64,000 nucleotides of DNA. It comes from Actinomycetota bacterium (GTDB taxonomy: Bacteria; Actinomycetota; Acidimicrobiia; Actinomarinales; Actinomarinaceae). The notes below the pieces were generated by a model, which saw only the letters and a program-made list of their open reading frames with translations, had not been told where the DNA came from and searched no databases. Both the position numbers and the translations under genes were made by a program. Below are positions 1 through 7,226 of the stretch, piece by piece (position 1 is the first letter of the stretch; each line of letters opens with the position of its first letter). The DNA is taken from positions 49,554 through 113,553 of the forward strand of contig JAAZZH010000002.1 in the NCBI GenBank assembly GCA_014239265.1, read 5' to 3'.

Positions 1-1
1 A

Positions 2-661
2 TCCGAAAAACACAACACTTTACTGGTTCAAGAAGAAGGCTTAACTTTACCCTTCATTATTTTCGATGAAGAAAATGGAATCAAGATTTCTGAATATTAC
101 GAGATATACACCTATAAAGATAAAGACTTTAAAGATCCTGTTTTAAGAAACAATGCATTTCAAGAGCTTAAGAAGCTTCACAATTCCGAGATTGTTTTTC
201 AAAACAACTTTAAACCAACAGAAGTTTTTATAAGTATTACAGATAAGTCAAATCCCCTAGAAGAAGAGGCAAAAGAAGTGGGTCTTCAGGTAGTCCAAAA
301 ATTAAATGAAATAGGACTAGAGGAGAAGCCATGTCACCAAGATTTATACTCAAGAAATTTTGTTATCCATAAAGACAAAACTCTTCTCATTGATTGGGAA
401 TACTCATCAATGGGAGATAGCTATTTTGATTATGCTGATTTATTCTGGCAAAACAATTTTGAAACTGAGATAGATTTAAAAAATAAATCTTTAGACGAAC
501 TTGGAATCTCAACTGCGGATGAAATCGAGAAATTTGAGTATTTTGAAATACTATCAATGATTACATGGGGTTTATGGGCTATGCGTAGATCCCCATATGA
601 TAATGATGGGAAAATGTCATTAAATAAAGCATTAGATAAAGCCAACAATAAAAAACCTTAA
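2..661 (+). CDS. Choline/ethanolamine-kinase-like phosphotransferase (APH superfamily), 5' end outside the window
   Basis: Frame is open from the window edge to TAA 659-661; the ORF track only starts at an internal GTG at 278. Catalytic-loop motif CHQDLYSRNFV and ChoK-type motif LIDWEYSSMGDSYFDYA. Confidence 0.6.
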   Translation, partial: SEKHNTLLVQEEGLTLPFIIFDEENGIKISEYYEIYTYKDKDFKDPVLRNNAFQELKKLHNSEIVFQNNFKPTEVFISITDKSNPLEEEAKEVGLQVVQKLNEIGLEEKPCHQDLYSRNFVIHKDKTLLIDWEYSSMGDSYFDYADLFWQNNFETEIDLKNKSLDELGISTADEIEKFEYFEILSMITWGLWAMRRSPYDNDGKMSLNKALDKANNKKP

Positions 662-667
662 AAGATT

Positions 668-696
668 TTCAAATAATGACAGGAATGCGTTAGAAT
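668..696 (+). promoter_or_regulatory. Candidate sigma-70-type promoter for the bS22 gene (TTCAAA-N17-TAGAAT)
   Basis: TTCAAA 668-673, 17-nt spacer, TAGAAT 691-696, about 35 nt upstream of ATG 731. AT-rich background makes chance matches common. Confidence 0.25.
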
Positions 697-730
697 TTCG
701 CAGTTAGGTAAAAAGGAAAAAATTTAATTT

Positions 731-826
731 ATGGGATCTTTGATAAAGAAAAGACGTAAAAAAATGTCTAAACATAAATATAGAAAACGTCGTAAGTCAA
801 ACAGACATAAGAAGAAAAGCGTCTAG
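731..826 (+). CDS. Actinobacterial ribosomal protein bS22 (AURKAIP1/COX24-domain small basic protein), 31 aa
   Basis: Absent from the ORF track (<60 aa). ATG 731 to TAG 824-826 encodes MGSLIKKRRKKMSKHKYRKRRKSNRHKKKSV, matching the MGS(V/L)IKKRRK.MSK.K signature of mycobacterial bS22. AAGGA purine tract about 15 nt upstream. Confidence 0.8.
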   Translation: MGSLIKKRRKKMSKHKYRKRRKSNRHKKKSV

Positions 827-1683
827 ACTTCTCCAGACTCATTATTTAGAAACTCTTCAATTTGTTGAACTAGGCTATCATCTGAATCGTCTGAAAAGGT
901 ATCTTCAAGTGTTAATTCTACATCTTCAAGTTTTGCTACATATTCAGCTAAATCTTCTGAGTTTTCCATGGCTTTCTTAATTTTTGTTTCGAATTGTTGA
1001 CCCTCAGATTGTATACCAGTGTCGTCAATATCTATTTTTAATATTTCTGCAGATTTATGTAATAATGCACTTATTCCCTTTGGATAACCTCCTGAACTTA
1101 GATAATGAGGAACTGCCGCCCAAAGGCCAGAAGTTTCTATTCCGCTATTTCTTAGTTCATGTCCAACAACACTCGTGATACCAGTTGGTCCTGAATAGTT
1201 AGTAGGTAAAACATTGTATCTAGAATTAAATGTTGGATCATCACTGACACCAAAAATAGGAACAGGTAAGGTATGAGCTACTTGACCAAAAAATGCCCCA
1301 AGTGTAACGGCTTTTTTTACACCTAACTCAATCAGTGTATTAGCAATATTGTCAGCATATGTTTTCCACCTCATCGATGGCTCTTCACCAAAAACTAAAA
1401 TGATATCATTTGCTGACTTATAATCTTCAATTGAATAAAAAGATGTCTGAGGCCAGTGAAAGTTTCTTTCACCAATCTCTTTGACGTCAACAATAGGTCT
1501 TCTCATTTGATAATTATAAAAATTTTCAGAGTTAACTTCTGCAAACGGATCAACGTCATGGTTATTACAGAGATTCTCGATACATCCACTTGCAGTGTTG
1601 CCAGCATCACTCCAGCCTTCAAATGCTAAGACTGCTACTGGTTCAGATAGAAGTGGTTTTCGATTCCAAATTATATCTTCCAT
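823..1683 (-). CDS. PAC2 (proteasome assembly chaperone 2-like) family protein
   Basis: 286 aa ORF. N-terminal LAFEGWSDAGNTAS and overall layout typical of actinobacterial PAC2-family proteins; acidic C-terminal tail. Confidence 0.7.
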   Translation of the reverse strand: MEDIIWNRKPLLSEPVAVLAFEGWSDAGNTASGCIENLCNNHDVDPFAEVNSENFYNYQMRRPIVDVKEIGERNFHWPQTSFYSIEDYKSANDIILVFGEEPSMRWKTYADNIANTLIELGVKKAVTLGAFFGQVAHTLPVPIFGVSDDPTFNSRYNVLPTNYSGPTGITSVVGHELRNSGIETSGLWAAVPHYLSSGGYPKGISALLHKSAEILKIDIDDTGIQSEGQQFETKIKKAMENSEDLAEYVAKLEDVELTLEDTFSDDSDDSLVQQIEEFLNNESGEV

Positions 1684-1720
1684 ATCAAAAGATTAATCAT
1701 TGTAAGAATTTATCTAAAAA

Positions 1721-3787
1721 CTAATTTGTTAGTTTTCTTGAAGAGTTCAAGACTACTGAAATACTAGACATAGCCATTGCTAAGGCTCCCAACTTAGGAG
1801 AGATGCTTCCGGCAACAGCAATTGGAATCATAAGACTGTTGTAGACAAATGCAAGAAATAAATTTTGCCTAACCCTTCTACTACTTGTTACGGCTAAATC
1901 TCTTATATTAAGAATTTTTTCAATTCCACCTTCATGAATAACTATATCACTAGAAGCTTGTGCGATTTGGCTACTTATTGAAGTAGTAATGGCAACATCT
2001 GCTTGTTGCAGTGAAGGGGAGTCGTTAACTCCATCACCTATAAAAATAACACCTTCAGTTTCTTGAATAGCCTTCACATGGGCAAGCTTATCTTCGGGAG
2101 CTTGACTCCCTAATGCATTCTTAATACTTAACTCTTTTGCAAGAAGAGAAACTTTCTCTGAGCTATCACCTGATAAAATTAAAATCTCATAGTATTTTTT
2201 AATCTCAGTTATTAAATCTTGATCTACTGTTAAGTCTTCTTCAAGATGAATGTAGGCTTGTTGGTTATCAATTTTTACTTCAAGCACATTCTCGATTTCA
2301 TTTTTACCGACAATGCTAACATCAAGCCCGTTGACTGATCCATGAATTCCAGATCCGATGTCTTCTTTGACATTCTCTGAAGAAAAAAAAGACAAATTTC
2401 TTCTTTCTGATTCTAAGAGTAAACTTTTTGCGATAGGATGATTTGACCTTATCTCCAAGCTTGCAACGTATGATAAAATCTCATTTTCTGATAATTTGGT
2501 ATTTTCGGTGTCTATTTTTTTTATGCTAAAAATGCCAGACGTAAGAGTTCCAGTTTTATCAAATATAATTTTATTTATTTTTTTTACGTTTTGTAATTTA
2601 TCAAAATTTTTAAAAAGAAATCCATCTCGATAACCCAAGGTGGAAGCTTTATATAATGTTATCGGAGTGGCTAAGCCTAGTGCACATGGGCAAGCAATTA
2701 CTAGGACAGAGATTGCGATTTCTAATGATCTCATCAAATCAGTACCTTCTAATAAATACCGATACAAAAAAGTAGACATACTTAAAAGAAGAATTCCTGG
2801 AACGAAAAATTGAGTTATCCTATCAAGAGTTTTTTGAATAGATGGAGTTGAAGATTGTGCCTCTAAAATAAGTTGTTCTATAAAGTCATATGTCGAAACA
2901 CCTCCATCTTTAACTTCAACTTCTATATATCCATCTAAATTAATACTTCCAGCCAGAACACCATCTCCGGTTTTTTTATTAATTGGCTTTGACTCACCTG
3001 TAAGGAAGTCTTCATTAGTGGAGGAGGATCCAGCAGTAATAATTCCGTCAATCGGAATAATTTCACCTGGAGAAACGCCAATAAAGTCTCCACCATTTAA
3101 ATCTGATACTTTCTTCACCATAATCTTTCCATTGGATAATAATTTGGCATATTGGGGCTTCGAATTTTTAATTGCTTCAGATACATCGATAGAGTTTTGT
3201 ATTGAAATATCTTCAACTGCCTTACCAAATAGTACAAATGAAATTATGTAAGCTCCTGCATCAAGGAACATATCACTATTGCTAGAGGGGAGAAGAGAGA
3301 CTGCAACAGAACTTAAGCTTCCAAGAGATACCAGTGTGTCCATATTAAATTCAAAATGAGATATTTTTCTAACTGCTGAAATATGAAAACGTCTACCGAA
3401 TAGAAATATGACGGTGAAACCGAGCAAATATGCTAAAAATGAATTATTAGCATTAAACGCTTGAGAGACACCTACGGAGAAAGCTAGGGAAGAAAAAGGT
3501 ATAAGGAAAGTTTTACTGTAGTTTTCTTTTTCAGGAACTTTATTATCTGTAACTTTTGCTGAGTACCCAATAGCACTAATTTTTTCTATAACTTTATCAA
3601 CATTAAAATCTTTATCAGATTTAATTACTGCCTTTTTTAAAGGAAAATTTACAGAAACTGATTCTATTGATTCATTTTTCGATATGACTCTCTCTATTCT
3701 TGCAGCACAGGCCGCGCAAGTCATACCATCTAGGTCGAGTGATACTGTATTGCTATTTTGAGACAACAGAGTAGCCTTGTTCGTCAA
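1721..3787 (-). CDS. copA: Copper-translocating P1B-type ATPase
   Basis: N-terminal HMA domain GMTCAACAARIE, membrane CPC motif (VIACPCALGLATP), phosphorylation site DKTGTLT, SNHP and GDGVNDSP motifs. TTG start; overlaps copZ by 35 nt, so the exact start is uncertain. Confidence 0.9.
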   Translation of the reverse strand: MTNKATLLSQNSNTVSLDLDGMTCAACAARIERVISKNESIESVSVNFPLKKAVIKSDKDFNVDKVIEKISAIGYSAKVTDNKVPEKENYSKTFLIPFSSLAFSVGVSQAFNANNSFLAYLLGFTVIFLFGRRFHISAVRKISHFEFNMDTLVSLGSLSSVAVSLLPSSNSDMFLDAGAYIISFVLFGKAVEDISIQNSIDVSEAIKNSKPQYAKLLSNGKIMVKKVSDLNGGDFIGVSPGEIIPIDGIITAGSSSTNEDFLTGESKPINKKTGDGVLAGSINLDGYIEVEVKDGGVSTYDFIEQLILEAQSSTPSIQKTLDRITQFFVPGILLLSMSTFLYRYLLEGTDLMRSLEIAISVLVIACPCALGLATPITLYKASTLGYRDGFLFKNFDKLQNVKKINKIIFDKTGTLTSGIFSIKKIDTENTKLSENEILSYVASLEIRSNHPIAKSLLLESERRNLSFFSSENVKEDIGSGIHGSVNGLDVSIVGKNEIENVLEVKIDNQQAYIHLEEDLTVDQDLITEIKKYYEILILSGDSSEKVSLLAKELSIKNALGSQAPEDKLAHVKAIQETEGVIFIGDGVNDSPSLQQADVAITTSISSQIAQASSDIVIHEGGIEKILNIRDLAVTSSRRVRQNLFLAFVYNSLMIPIAVAGSISPKLGALAMAMSSISVVLNSSRKLTN

Positions 3788-3956
3788 GTAACGACTCTAT
3801 ATTTTTTAATTCGACACCATCAGATACAGTTAGAGAAACATTTTTAGTTTCGATATTTATATCTAAATTAGATACACCTGTTACATCCAGAGCTTTTTCG
3901 ATTGTTTCTTTACAATGCCCACAACTTATCTCTGGTACAGTGAAATTTAACTCCAT
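3753..3956 (-). CDS. copZ: Copper chaperone, heavy-metal-associated domain protein
   Basis: 67 aa with the CGHCKETIEKAL (CxxC) HMA motif, immediately upstream of copA on the same strand. Confidence 0.8.
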   Translation of the reverse strand: MELNFTVPEISCGHCKETIEKALDVTGVSNLDINIETKNVSLTVSDGVELKNIESLLDEQGYSVVSK

Positions 3957-4017
3957 AATGTTACATTAATATAATTTGGTTTTTAAACTATTTAGGTATT
4001 TGGGATGTTATTTAGAA

Positions 4018-4212
4018 TTAAGCAGTTTCTTGTAGAATACGTCCTCTTACTCTAGGGTATTTTACGGGAGCGTGATTAAAACAATGATCTCTTTTGTTAT
4101 ATATGCTAAGTTTTGTGCTGCATGATTCGTCTTTGCACACTCTGCCTTGGTCAAAACTTTTAGAAGGCCTTATACCGCCTTTAATTTGACTTGCTTTTAG
4201 TCCGTCAGTCAT
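4018..4212 (-). CDS. Small basic Cys3-His protein (C-x4-C-x12-C-x2-H), function unknown; paralog of 27572..27775
   Basis: 64 aa, AAGGA Shine-Dalgarno upstream of the ATG. Shares GRVC..SC.T..SIYNK...CF.H.PV.YPRVRG with the ORF upstream of dnaK. Shared residues use different synonymous codons (GRVC = ggc aga gtg tgc here, ggt cgt gtt tgt there), which indicates protein-level selection. Confidence 0.7.
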   Translation of the reverse strand: MTDGLKASQIKGGIRPSKSFDQGRVCKDESCSTKLSIYNKRDHCFNHAPVKYPRVRGRILQETA

Positions 4213-4228
4213 TTCTTTCCTTTTTACT

Positions 4229-4246
4229 TTGTGAATATATTCACAA
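4229..4246. promoter_or_regulatory. Perfect 18-bp palindrome containing a consensus CRP/FNR-family site (TGTGA-N6-TCACA)
   Basis: TTGTGAATATATTCACAA read directly from the sequence. Lies 17-34 nt upstream of the ATG of the small Cys3-His ORF and 37 nt downstream of the M3 peptidase stop. The only perfect TGTGA-N6-TCACA I found in the window. Confidence 0.45.
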
Positions 4247-4282
4247 GGGTAACAACATTATTCACGGGATGCAAGTTTTTCT

Positions 4283-6184
4283 TCAAAAATTACCCAATTT
4301 TTTTTGGTTCAAAAATGCTTCATCATTCCACTTTCTACCAAGAAAGTCTTCAACCATTTCTTCTGCACCCTTGGAACCACCAACTGAGAGAATTTTAGTT
4401 TTATACTCAATGCCAACCTCTTTTGACAAGACGCCTTCATCCTCAAATCTGCTAAATAAATCATCACCAATTATATCGGCCCACAAGTAACCATAATAAG
4501 CCGCATCGTATCCTCCCAACAAATGTCCAAAAGCACCAAGATGGTTAGTGTCGTTGGGATAATTTATTGTTGTTACAATTTGAGACTCTTGTTCAATTTC
4601 ATCTAGCGAATCATTAAAATTTATTCCATGTAAATGTTGATCAGCTAGCCCAAACGAAATTTGACGAAGGGTCAGTAAGCTAATTCCTATATTTTTTGAG
4701 GAGTTTAACCTTACGCACAGATCATGATCTAGTGTTTCTCCAGTATCAATATGCTTCGAGAACCTTTTTAAGCATTCACTCTTCCATACCCAGTGTTCCA
4801 TGATTTGACTTGGTGCTTCAACAAAATCCCATTCAACATTTGCTCCCAAAAAACGAGCAAATTTTGACTTTCCAATTCCGTTATGAAGAACATGGCCAAA
4901 TTCATGAAAAAGTGTTTCTACTTCATCAAAAGTCATGAGACCATTACCCGTATTTGGATTTGGGAAGTTAGCTACCATTGAACAAACTGGAAGGTTCATT
5001 TCATCTGCACTACCTGGTGAAATATCAAAAACCGCTGCATGGGTGTACTTTCCCTCTCTTGGGTACATGTCTAAATAAAAATAAGCCATTTTTTTATTAT
5101 TCTGATCTGAGATCGACCAAAGTTCAACATCTTCATGCCAGGCTGTACGAGAGTCTTCTTGATTAATAGAGATTTCAAAAACATCTTCACATATAGAGAA
5201 CATGGCTTCTTTTACATTGTGGATATAGAAATACTTTTTTATCTCATTATTATCAACCTGGCTCTGTTTATTCCTTTTTTTTGTAATAAAATATCTAATA
5301 TCCCAAGGAGCTATATCTGAGGGTTCAATATTGTCAGTTGCTAACTCTACTTTTTCATTTTGTGCAGCCTTTTGTAATTTAGGAACTAAATTGTCATACA
5401 TTTTTACGACATTTTCTGGACTTTTCGCCATTCTGTATTGAAGTCTATATTCTGCCCATGTATTAAAACCAAATAGGGTTGCTTTTTCATTTCTTAAAGC
5501 GACCGCTTCTTTTAAAATAGGTGAATTTTCCAATACTGCTCTATTATTAAATGCCTTCCACACTTTTTCTCTTGAATCACGAATCTGACAATTTTCTAAA
5601 ACTGCATTTATATCAGGATAAGCCATTGTCACAATGAAGTTTTCTTCTTCTTTTCTGAAATTATTCATTTCATCGATGCTCAAACCCTTTAATTGAGACT
5701 TACTCAGTATTACTTCAGACTTATCAGCTGCAATATTTTTCGAAAAATCAATTTCAAGATCAATTAATTTTTTTTCTATTTCAATTAAACGTGTTTTTTT
5801 ATCATGATCTAATTCATGTCCAGCATCAATGAAGTCTCTTATAACCTCATTAAAGTATTTGACTGATTCTTTATCCAAAGTATTTGTTTTGATTGATTTG
5901 AATTTTTCATAAAGCTCTATATCTGTTGTAACCTCTAATAAAAAATTTTCAATAATTGACTCTGCCTTATTGCTATAGTCTCTAATATCTTTTTCTTTGC
6001 TAACATCTGCCATAAAAGCTACTCTTCCAGATAAATCTGAAAGAGTTCTCTCAAATAAATCAAACAAATCTAGAGATGGGGTATCTTCATTTTTAATCTT
6101 CTGTATTTGCTCAAGACCAACTTTTAAAGTATTTTTTATATCATTTTCTAAATCTATTTTTGTTATTGCTGAATAATCAAACAT
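4283..6184 (-). CDS. M3-family zinc oligopeptidase (thimet oligopeptidase / Dcp-like)
   Basis: 633 aa, HEFGH zinc motif (LFHEFGHVLH) followed by a downstream Glu-containing region; length and layout typical of peptidase family M3. GGAG upstream of the start. Confidence 0.85.
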   Translation of the reverse strand: MFDYSAITKIDLENDIKNTLKVGLEQIQKIKNEDTPSLDLFDLFERTLSDLSGRVAFMADVSKEKDIRDYSNKAESIIENFLLEVTTDIELYEKFKSIKTNTLDKESVKYFNEVIRDFIDAGHELDHDKKTRLIEIEKKLIDLEIDFSKNIAADKSEVILSKSQLKGLSIDEMNNFRKEEENFIVTMAYPDINAVLENCQIRDSREKVWKAFNNRAVLENSPILKEAVALRNEKATLFGFNTWAEYRLQYRMAKSPENVVKMYDNLVPKLQKAAQNEKVELATDNIEPSDIAPWDIRYFITKKRNKQSQVDNNEIKKYFYIHNVKEAMFSICEDVFEISINQEDSRTAWHEDVELWSISDQNNKKMAYFYLDMYPREGKYTHAAVFDISPGSADEMNLPVCSMVANFPNPNTGNGLMTFDEVETLFHEFGHVLHNGIGKSKFARFLGANVEWDFVEAPSQIMEHWVWKSECLKRFSKHIDTGETLDHDLCVRLNSSKNIGISLLTLRQISFGLADQHLHGINFNDSLDEIEQESQIVTTINYPNDTNHLGAFGHLLGGYDAAYYGYLWADIIGDDLFSRFEDEGVLSKEVGIEYKTKILSVGGSKGAEEMVEDFLGRKWNDEAFLNQKKLGNF

Positions 6185-6221
6185 CTATCTCCTTTGAGTT
6201 TTTTATGATAGTATTTCTAAT

Positions 6222-6458
6222 ATGGATATCAAACTTGAATTTTGTGTAGTTTGAAACTACACACCTCGTGCAGTTAGTACGATTGAAGACATTTTAGAAA
6301 AATACGGACAAAAAGTTAAATCAATAAATTTGATTCCCGGATCAGGTGGGGTATTTGAATTTTATTTGAATGGAGAATTAATTTACTCCAAGCTTGAAAC
6401 CGGAAGACATACTGAAGAGGGAGAGATACTAAGTCTCATAGAAAAAGCACTTAGTTGA
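6222..6458 (+). CDS. SelW/Rdx-family selenoprotein (78 codons, Sec encoded by TGA 6252-6254)
   Basis: Not in the ORF track. Encodes MDIKLEFCVV-U-NYTPRAVSTIEDILEKYGQKVKSINLIPGSGGVFEFYLNGELIYSKLETGRHTEEGEILSLIEKALS. The TGA is at the second position of the Rdx CxxC/CxxU redox motif, and the frame stays open 67 codons beyond it. Hairpins surround the TGA. Confidence 0.8.
6243..6275 (+). promoter_or_regulatory. Candidate SECIS-type RNA structure(s) around the SelW-like UGA
   Basis: Perfect 9-bp stem TGTGTAGTT(6243-6251)/AACTACACA(6255-6263) with TGA as the 3-nt loop. Mutually exclusive alternative: AACTACAC(6255-6262)/GTGCAGTT(6268-6275), 7 of 8 positions paired, 5-nt loop ACCTC. No energies computed. 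Confidence 0.4.
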
Positions 6459-7189
6459 ACATTCCTTTCGATCTTTCAATTTTTGAACTATTTTTTATAG
6501 CACTGTTGTTATTTATTTCCTCATCTGTCCAAGGTGTTCTTGGATTTGGTTTCGCAGTCATTGCATCACCAATTATTGTCCAAATAGAACCTGCCTTAGT
6601 TCCTCAGCTACTTTCTCTTTTGGGCCTTCCTTTAGCATTAAGACTTTTTATTAGAGAAAAATCGAAAGTTAACTGGAAACCCATGAAATTTCTTATTGGT
6701 GGAAGAGTTATAGGTGGACCAATTGGTTTGCTATTCCTAACAACATTAGACCCAAATTTACTATCAATTTCTGTGGGGGTAATAGTACTAAGTGCTGGAC
6801 TCGGTTCGTATTTTGGTTGGAATGTAAAAAGAAACTCTATGAATTCACTTCTTGCAGGTACTTTTTCAGGAATATTTGGGATGATTGCTGCAATCGGGGG
6901 TCCACCTGTAGCAATTTTATATAGAGGAACTAAAGGAAGTGAATTTAGACCTTCTCTAAATGCTGTTTTTACCTTAGGAATACTGATCACTCTTTCTCTA
7001 TTGGCATTTACTGGAAATTTTGTACAAGACCACTTGGTTTTGTTTATGTATCTTGTTTTACCAGTTTTACTTGGGGTACGATTTTCAAGCCTACTATTTT
7101 CCAAGGTGTCAGATAAACTTATTGCCGATATGGTAACTTACTTTTCTATATTTTCAGGAGGAGTTGTAATCTTTAGGGCATTATTTTAA
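6455..7189 (+). CDS. TSUP (TauE/SafE) family anion permease
   Basis: 244 aa polytopic membrane protein with repeated glycine-rich helices (GVLGFGFAVIASP, IAAIGGPPVAILY) typical of the TauE/SafE family. TTG start overlaps the SelW-like stop by 4 nt. Confidence 0.75.
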   Translation: MNIPFDLSIFELFFIALLLFISSSVQGVLGFGFAVIASPIIVQIEPALVPQLLSLLGLPLALRLFIREKSKVNWKPMKFLIGGRVIGGPIGLLFLTTLDPNLLSISVGVIVLSAGLGSYFGWNVKRNSMNSLLAGTFSGIFGMIAAIGGPPVAILYRGTKGSEFRPSLNAVFTLGILITLSLLAFTGNFVQDHLVLFMYLVLPVLLGVRFSSLLFSKVSDKLIADMVTYFSIFSGGVVIFRALF

Positions 7190-7226
7190 TTTATTTCATC
7201 GATACTAATTACTAAGATGTGAACAT

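Noticed and set aside
3753-3787. The 35-nt copZ/copA overlap as a sign of a frameshifted fusion or programmed frameshift.
   Set aside because: The two ORFs are in different frames, each has a complete HMA domain, and there is no slippery sequence. The copA start is simply uncertain (TTG 3787 or a nearby downstream TTG).
4229-4246. The 18-bp palindrome as an intrinsic terminator of the M3 peptidase gene.
   Set aside because: The stem is AT-rich with essentially no loop, and it is followed on the transcribed (minus) strand by GTAAAAAGGAAAG rather than a U-tract. An operator reading fits better.
6604-7104. Long antisense ORFs inside real genes: 6604..7104 (166 aa), 16183..16614 (143 aa), 29508..29951 (147 aa), 35724..36077, 36857..37255, 14738..15049, 18252..18581, 50203..50538 and other short ORF-track entries overlapping annotated CDSs.
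   Set aside because: Each lies fully within a gene that has strong family motifs on the opposite strand or in another frame. Their translations are low-complexity (P/S/R/I-rich) with no recognisable motifs and no Shine-Dalgarno. This is typical shadow-ORF behaviour.
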